DNA from: Octopus vulgaris
Taxonomy: Eukaryota
DNA length: 64,000 bases
Direction of reading: 5' to 3'
NCBI GenBank assembly: GCA_951406725.2
Contig: OX597822.1
Coordinates: forward strand, 3,534,001 to 3,598,000
Below, in pieces: positions 56,512 through 64,000 of the stretch. The notes under the pieces were generated by a model that saw only the letters and a list, made by a program, of their open reading frames with translations, made no database searches and was not told the origin of the DNA. The number at the start of each line of letters is the position of its first letter. Within the stretch, counting starts at the first letter, position 1. Both the position numbers and the translations under genes were made by a program.

Positions 56512-57090
56512 CATATATACGACGGGCTTCTTTCAGTTTTCGTCTACCAAATCCACTCACAAAGCTTTGGTTGGCCCGAGGCTAAAGTAGAAGACACCTG
56601 CCCAAGGTGCCACGCAGTGGGATTGAACCCGGAACCATGTGGTTGGTAAGGAAGCTACTTACCACACAGCCACTCCTAACTAATACATTACACATAATGT
56701 TTGATTACACATCTTAGTGAAGATATTTCTGTCCGTTAAGCCGGAGCTTCAGTTACTCTGAGAGTGAACTTTCTCTTGGCTGCTTGCTGTGAATGACTTG
56801 CATCACGACAGTCTCTTAACAGACATCAGCAATCATCATCCATCATACTGATGCGCCACCTACATTGATACCTAAACTTCATGGCCTCGATGTTTTGATC
56901 GAACCTTTCTCTTTGCTCATTACTTATTGCACAATGATTTCCAAGGATGTAGTCCAGATCACCGATGGAAATGCACTTTACACTCATATTCCAGTCCATT
57001 TTACATTTATGTCTGCCCAAGATCTTCATAGTTTGACGAATTCCTGTTCCCTTGAAAATTAGACACAACCGTTGCAAAAACATGTCACGC
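56016..57090 (-). mobile_element. Chapaev3-like DNA transposon 3' relic, interrupted by a SINE
   Basis: Minus-strand NMSVK...LDY..NHCAISNEQRERFDQNIEAMKFRYQCRW..SMMDDDC resembles the NMSLK.H...LD.FP.N.GA.SDEQGERFHQDI..ME.RYQG.W...MADYC motif; TAA|CACTG candidate terminus at 56013-56020. Family name from memory. Confidence 0.55.
56241..56677 (-). mobile_element. SINE family A, full length
   Basis: Complete head (ggagtggctgtgtggtaagtagc...gggttcaatccc on the minus strand), internal (CA)/(TA) tract and tail. Confidence 0.9.
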
Positions 57091-57411
57091 CTGATATAGT
57101 CTTTGGTCGGCCCGAGGCTAAAGTAGAAGGCATCTTCCCAAGGTGCTACGCAGTGGGATTGAATCCGGAACCATGTGGGTCCTTCAATAGCCACCTAATC
57201 TGTATCCCGTCAAACACACCTACCTTTACTTCCCCACAAGAAAGGGATGGAAACATTCTGCTTAAGTATTTGAAACAGGCACTGTCCCAATATTTCAACG
57301 AATGGCTTTCTCTTGCTCACTCAGTTTCATACCATAGTAAGGTAAGCTTCTTTCATAAAATTTGTGATATTGGTTCGCTACTTCTGTAAAGTGTAATATT
57401 CATAAATATAG

Positions 57412-58086
57412 CAAAAGTCATCAGGGATATTTCGCAACTTTGCGCGATGATTTAGGATTGCTCAGTGCCTAAAACATCAGGCAAAGAATATAATTAGCGA
57501 TCCTGATACACACCACGGAGAAATGATCAAGCAAAGTAACAATCTATTAGGCAGCAACTACTCCAAAAACATACTATCCACTCCAATTAGGAAGAGGAGA
57601 GTCTATGTAACCTATGTGAAAGGCCTATCGGAAAAAATACAAAAGACACGTCGTCTATATAACATCAGGACGGTATTCAAGAGTAATAATACAACACTTC
57701 GCAAATATCTCCTCCGAATAAAACCATCAATAGAAGAGAATATGACCAAATACTGCGTGTACTCCATGCCATGCTGTTTTAGTAGGTTATACAAAGGCGA
57801 AACATGACGCCCACTCAGAATAAGGGTAGAGTAATATCGAAAAGCTGTAACATGAGGAGATGTTGAAAAATCGGTTATAGCTGATCATGTATGGAAAAAC
57901 GGAGACCACCTCCCCCTTTGGGATGAAGTTAAAATAATAGACAGAGAACACCAATGGAAAATACGAAAACAAAAAGAGGTAGCCCATATGCTAGGACACA
58001 ATAGCTTCCTAAGCAGACCCAGTGCAGATATAAGTAGAATATGGGAACCGGTATTAAGGAAGGACACAAAAATATTAGTTTTATAA
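57412..58086 (+). pseudogene. Penelope-type RT C-terminal linker plus GIY-YIG endonuclease relic
   Basis: YVKGLSEKIQK..RLYNIRTVFKS..TLRKYL...CVYSMPC....YKGET*RPLRIR...IADHVW..GDHLPLWDEVKII..E..WKIRK.KE..H; with stop codons. Confidence 0.9.
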
Positions 58087-58115
58087 GCCCTAAAATTCAC
58101 CCTATAATTACCCAC

Positions 58116-58323
58116 GGGTATATAGCGTAATGGTTAAGATCGCGGGCTACTAACCCCAAGAGTGCGAGTTCAATTCCAGGCAGTGCCTTGGATAAATAAT
58201 AATAATAGCATAAAAAAGAACACCCAGGACTCCCGATGAAGGCTGGAGAGTAAATCAGCCGAAACGTTAATCAGCCGAAACAAACAAGATGTGGACACAT
58301 ATTCATCCAATGTAAATAATGTA
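58116..58323 (+). mobile_element. tRNA-like head plus hammerhead-like tail (element D) directly 3' of the PLE endonuclease
   Basis: A box tagcgtaatgg, B box gagttcaattcc, short (AAT)n, ccgatga-a-ggctg...cagcc-gaaacgtt (58233-58268); homologous to 6498-6782. Confidence 0.8.
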
Positions 58324-58659
58324 GAGATTTGAAGGTTTATGATTTGATGGTTTTTATTTACGAAAGATACTTAAATCACAAGTTTTATTTGCCCTTTTGT
58401 AGTTGCAATTCACTTGAAATGATATTGAAAATCTATGTTTTCAGATTCATAAGTTATTTCAAGATCTATTCACGAGGCTGCACTTGATAGAAATGGTGAC
58501 AATACGGGAATCTTTTTGGTTTTGATGGAGATTTCAGTCAGTGAAAAATCTTGATGTGAGAACAAAACGATTTTCATTTTTGAAATCCCAAAATTATCAG
58601 GAACCATGTCTCTAAAGCCAGACAACAAGAACCGTGTTCCCCAATTATTCATTTCAAAT

Positions 58660-58855
58660 TCTGACTCACAGCCGGCAAATTCGAAAATGGGACAAGTTGA
58701 GTACATCGACCCCAATGCTCAACTTGGAATTATTTTATCGATGTCGAGAGGATGAACGGCAAAGTCGACCTCCGCGGAATTTGAACAAAGAACGTGAAGA
58801 TGGACGAAATCCCGTTAAGTATTTTGGCCGGTGCGGTGATGATTCAGCCAGCTCA
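58660..58855 (-). mobile_element. Degenerate SINE family C
   Basis: tacatcgacccc...ttattttatcga...ggatgaacggcaaagtcgacctc.gcggaatttgaac. Confidence 0.7.
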
Positions 58856-59679
58856 CAACCTTAAATGTTCCCCAATCATTAAATGCCATAGTTTGCTTCC
58901 ACTCCGTTTCAAAGAATTTCATGTCTATTCTTTAATTCTAACATTTAATCCATCCTTATTCACCGACATCACCGGCGGTTTACACTGATTCAATGATGTA
59001 AGTTCATGTTACTGGAGCAGAAACATTTACAAAAGGAACTGAAAAATTTTAAATAATTAAAATAGATTAATCAAAAGATAAATGTCCTTTTGTAATTATT
59101 TTGCAAATGAAAGTGATATTAAATTAATTTACATTATGTCGAATATTTCGGTAAAAAGGAAATGAAATCTCTCGCTTTGCATGATGGTGATTAATGAGTG
59201 CAATCTTATCGAAGACAGTATTTGCAAGAATATAACAGGCACCATGATACACAGATACACTTAGTAGAACCTTATTTGCATTTGTACGTGAGTGTGTGTG
59301 AGTGTGTGTGTGTGTGTGTGCATGAATGAGTACGTGCGTGTGCGTATTTATATGTATAAATGTGGTGAGGCTGTGTACATATCTCTATGTGTGTTTCTGT
59401 TTATTTCGGTTTATGTGTGTGTGAGAGAGAGAGAGGGATTGAAAAAGGCTGCGAGAGACAGACAGGCAGACAAACAGATGGACAAAGACAGAGAAATTGT
59501 GTGCGCGTTTGTACGTGTGTGTCTATGTGTGTGTTTCAAAAACAATGTTTGAAAGTGACTTCTACGTTTCACTCGTTAGAACTGCCTGCTAGTAACACAG
59601 ACAGTGTTAACTACAATAACAACACGAGGATCAGTTTCATACATTCATATGTATACGTATATTTACATGTACATATACT

Positions 59680-60650
59680 TATTTGGTCAAACCATAATTA
59701 ATGCAGTTTTTTTTCAATTGCATGAACTAAAAGTTGGAAGTGGACGGAATACACTACCTGCATGAACTTGCTATAAAAGCAGTAATTTTACCTGATCCTG
59801 AAAGATCTGTAGAGCTTAGCGAGGACTTCCTGCAAATTCTGGTGGATCAAAATCCCATCTAGCAGTTGAGGAGCTGGCAGAGAAGCTTGGATTTGATCAT
59901 TCAACCATTTAGCGACAAATTAGGTCAATGGGTTTTTCACAAACTTTCCGAGTCCAATCTTGTGCAAAGAGTGAGTATGTGTCCTTTCTTCGGTGTCACA
60001 TCTCACGAATGAACCTTTTTTGCACCGAATAGTGATTGGTGGCGATAAATGGTTGCTCTATAAATATGTGAAGCGCCGAAGATGGTGGGTAGAGGAAGGA
60101 AAAACACCGGCACCACAGGCTATAGAAGGTCTTCACCCACGTAAGGTGTTGTTATATGTTTGGTGGGTATACTTTGAACTTTTAAACCCAAGCAAAACGA
60201 TAACAAAGGGGATCTACGGCGAGCAGCTTCAGCGACTTCAGTCAGCACTAGAAGAAAAATGACGATGTTACTCCATCAGGATTATGCTCGGTCACATACA
60301 GCGAGGATGGCATTCCAATGGCTGGAGCAATTTGAATGGAAAACAATGCCCCACCCACCATATTTGCCGGAGATTGCCCCATCTGATTATTATTTATTCT
60401 GTAGTCTTGAAAATCATTTGGGCGGAAAAAATACGAATTCTCTAGAGGAGGACAGAACAGTACTGGAGGAGTATTTTTCGTGGTAGACAAGAGAATTTTG
60501 GAAGAAGGGCCTTGCAAGTCTGTCAGATAGACGGAAGAGCAATATAGAAAATGAAGGAGGGTATATTTTAGATTAAAAATGAACTTTATAATAATTTTGA
60601 AAAACAAAAGAAATATTTATAAAATGCTTTATTTATGGGATAACCCTTTA
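59680..60650 (+). mobile_element. Mariner (DD34D-type) element, internally deleted and defective
   Basis: GQWVFHKL, FLHRIVIGGDKWLLY, LHPRKVLLYVWW, LLHQDYARSH, PHPPYLPEIAPSDYYLF, ENEGGYILD; degenerate TIRs at both ends. Confidence 0.92.
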
Positions 60651-61753
60651 TTTACATACGTTATAATGATTCTTATGGTAAATTCTATATACTAACAAGT
60701 GGGATTTTGCTTAACCATCAGCGATAGAGTAGTGCTACCAATGAGCTTCAATTGCAAGCAAAATTGGCTTACCAATATAGTACTCTTGCTCGCTGTGGGG
60801 CAGTTAGCTTCCCTTAATAGTACATAGACTTGTGTTTTAGTCGCTACAAGGGTCTTTGATTCTTGTTTCTAGCAATATAGGTGTTATCCTGCACAACCTG
60901 TCACCATTAGTGGCAACTGGATTTTCCTTTTTTGGTTCTATATTGCATCTGGCTGCCTCAGTTATTTTACACACACACACACATACGCAGATACGGACAA
61001 ACACACACACACACACACACACACACGCAGATATGGACACACATACACACATATCCTGTAGATCCTATAGAGGTAGAATGAACAAAAAAGTACTCCATCC
61101 AATGAGAAATAAATATATCAATTTAATACACAACCGAAAGAGCTACTAATGATTTCATGTTTTTATATTACTCGTACAATCATATATATAAAACACGTCA
61201 TGCATCTCCGAGTAATCTTTGAGGCTATGTTTATGCGTCATACATATTTTAAAAACAAGGACGCAAACGTTTTTATAAATCATATATTAGAGCTTGCATC
61301 TACTCTAGTTGATTCTTCAGATTTTAATTTTTTGAGGGTTTCGTCTCTTTTTTGTAGTATTATTGAGTGTGTAGTGATGGAGAGAGATATAGGATAGTAA
61401 AAGAGAGTGAGGAATGGGGAGAAAGTGAGATAATGTGTTTGTGTGTGTGTGTGTGTGTATGTGTGTATGTGTGTATGTGTGTGTGTGCCTGTGTATCTGA
61501 AAGGGTGTCACTGGAAAAGAGAAGGAAAGAAAGAAGGAAGAGAGAAAGAAGAATAAAATGTGTATACATCTATACAGCTGGTCGGTTCTTTCAATAGAAA
61601 GTGATGAGTTGATTCTTAGCCTTTAAAAATGGCAAAACCAGATTGCTACTCCAAGGAGAGGTCTTGTTTTGATAAAAGTTAAACTTACTTGGAAATGGAT
61701 GCGTGGCGTTCAATGAAATAATAATATAAATAATATATATATATATGAAAATA

Positions 61754-61790
<37 letters not shown>

Positions 61791-62429
61791 CGCGTGTGTG
61801 TGTGGTGTGTCTTCATACATACAGGGTGACGTGAGTTTTGCTACTTTTTCAGTGAAATAATGATGGCACTAAACATATGCATAGAAACTCAAAAGGCCAT
61901 TTACAATACGACATACTGCAAAATTCTTTCGACCTCAAAATCATACCACGCATACATCCATCCCTTGCTCGTGTTGTAGTACCAAATCCTCTATATTTCA
62001 TTGACCTCAATTTAAACGACTGAACAGTACTAGGGAATGAGTCTCGTCTCTAATAAGTATAATAGCTTTAAATCTCCGATGTTTAATAAAATGTGTGACA
62101 TTGGTTCGCTACTTCTGTAAAGTGTAATATTCATAAATATGAACTTCGATGAAAACATTACGCAATCACAATAAGCAGTCTACAAGAATCACCAGACTCA
62201 CAAATCTATAACTGTTCTTAACATTCAGCACCAGACGAGCTAATTCTGATAATGAATGTATACACATATCTCATGTCTTAATTTATAAACATTAGGCATT
62301 ATATTTGATTCATTTTCTTTTTGAATATGCTGGTGTGAATATATGTTTTTGATTGTGATTATGTGGCGATTAACTTTAATATAATCTGTTCTCTTGACAT
62401 TTTACAACTAGTTATTTTGCTTCTTGCAT

Positions 62430-62722
62430 ATCAGTGACCGTTAGTCGCTTCGTGTAGAATATATTGCTGCCCGGAACGGACCCTGGCCGTCGCTGGCGAC
62501 CAAGGTACTCGCGACTGAAGGCGAGCAAAGCAGCTCGGAAGTGAGTCAGTTTCGTGATTATGTACCCTGCGAGAGAATGGTAGTGCTTGGCTCCTCCTGC
62601 TACCAATATATATATATATACAGGATACAGGGCCACACCGGTAAACAGCTGAAAAGAAAAGCTGCCTGGTGTTAAACTAGTAGTGGCATAGAACAGCAGA
62701 TTTGGTGTGGTGATTAACTTTA
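62430..62722. repeat. Relative of the 50160-50542 repeat
   Basis: Shared ordered motifs and the same terminal junction to (TA)n. Confidence 0.7.
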
Positions 62723-62829
62723 AATATATATATATATATACTTACCTGCGTGGCGTTCAGTTACATTATAAATAGTAAATAATATATAGTATATATACTA
62801 TGTATTATTTACTAATTATGACCGCGTTG

Positions 62830-63012
62830 GTGATTTTTTTCCCTCCGTCTTCCCTTCCTTGGATCTTTCCTTTTCCTATGTTTCCGACGAAGAGCTCCGC
62901 TCGAAACGTTAATCCCTCCTTCTTTCTTTCCTTTCCTGAGCGTCCAATAACACTATATTTGTTCCACGTCCTCGCGTTGTTGTGTTTTTTCTTTGTGTTT
63001 TCATGTTTGGAT

Positions 63013-63017
<5 letters not shown>
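62830..63017 (+). mobile_element. PLE pLTR-like fragment with hammerhead-like core (62884-62912)
   Basis: ccgacga-a-gagc-tcc-gctc-gaaacgtt; pyrimidine-rich tail ending ggattaac + (TA)n; related inverted terminus at 63331-63388. Confidence 0.6.
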
Positions 63018-63051
<34 letters not shown>

Positions 63052-63052
63052 G

Positions 63053-63168
<116 letters not shown>

Positions 63169-63287
63169 CTTAGCTCGAAATGGATGCGTGGCGTTCAATT
63201 AAATTATAAATAGAAATTAATATATAGTATATATACTATATATTATTTACTATTTATTATATATGTACGTATGTATATGTACGTATG

Positions 63288-63337
<50 letters not shown>

Positions 63338-63416
63338 CCAAACATGAACAAAGACAAAACACAACAAGACGAGGACGTGGAACAAGTGTATATATATATA
63401 TATATATATAAATATA

Positions 63417-63832
<416 letters not shown>

Positions 63833-64000
63833 TATGTATGTGTTTGTGTGTTTGTGTGCGGGTACATGTGAGTGCTAAATGCAAACATGGAAAGTGCGTA
63901 ACTGATAAAGTAATATTTATTTATTTGAGTAATTCTAGTTAAAATTGAAAATACTATACCTCGCTTTCCAAAGAGCTTGTGTTGGCTACACAGGATCACA

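Noticed and set aside
62738-62748. ATACTTACCTG, identical to the U1 snRNA 5' end
   Set aside because: Downstream sequence has no U1 stem-loops or Sm site; it lies at a TA tract/repeat junction

Overview
AT-rich, microsatellite-saturated eukaryotic DNA with no intact host protein-coding gene. Most long ORFs in the supplied track are translations of (TA)n, (TG)n, (TATG)n, (AAT)n or (GAY)n tracts. The SINE repertoire and a GC-expanded 18S V7 fragment suggest an octopus (cephalopod) genome; this is inferred, not searched. The window is a transposon graveyard containing: several tRNA-headed SINE families (one with a shared head and three alternative tails); Tc1, mariner and Chapaev3-like transposase relics; a Helitron carrying a nested Tc2/pogo-like MITE; two Merlin-like MITEs carrying (CCCTAA)n; R4/Dong-type retrotransposon fragments stacked in (AAT)n; RTE fragments; and a dispersed 18S rRNA fragment. 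The most interesting signal is a Penelope-like element (PLE) and hammerhead ribozyme (HHR) system. (i) A young 4.4-kb PLE insertion has a ~900-bp inverted arm, about 3 kb of microsatellite-like body and a well-formed type I hammerhead in each arm. (ii) A tRNA-like Pol III head followed by a hammerhead lies ~30 nt after a PLE GIY-YIG stop codon and also occurs as a free SINE-like copy. (iii) Further HHR-like cores and several 'hairpin + tail' elements sit in (TA)n. All family assignments come from motif recognition by eye; no database searches were run.
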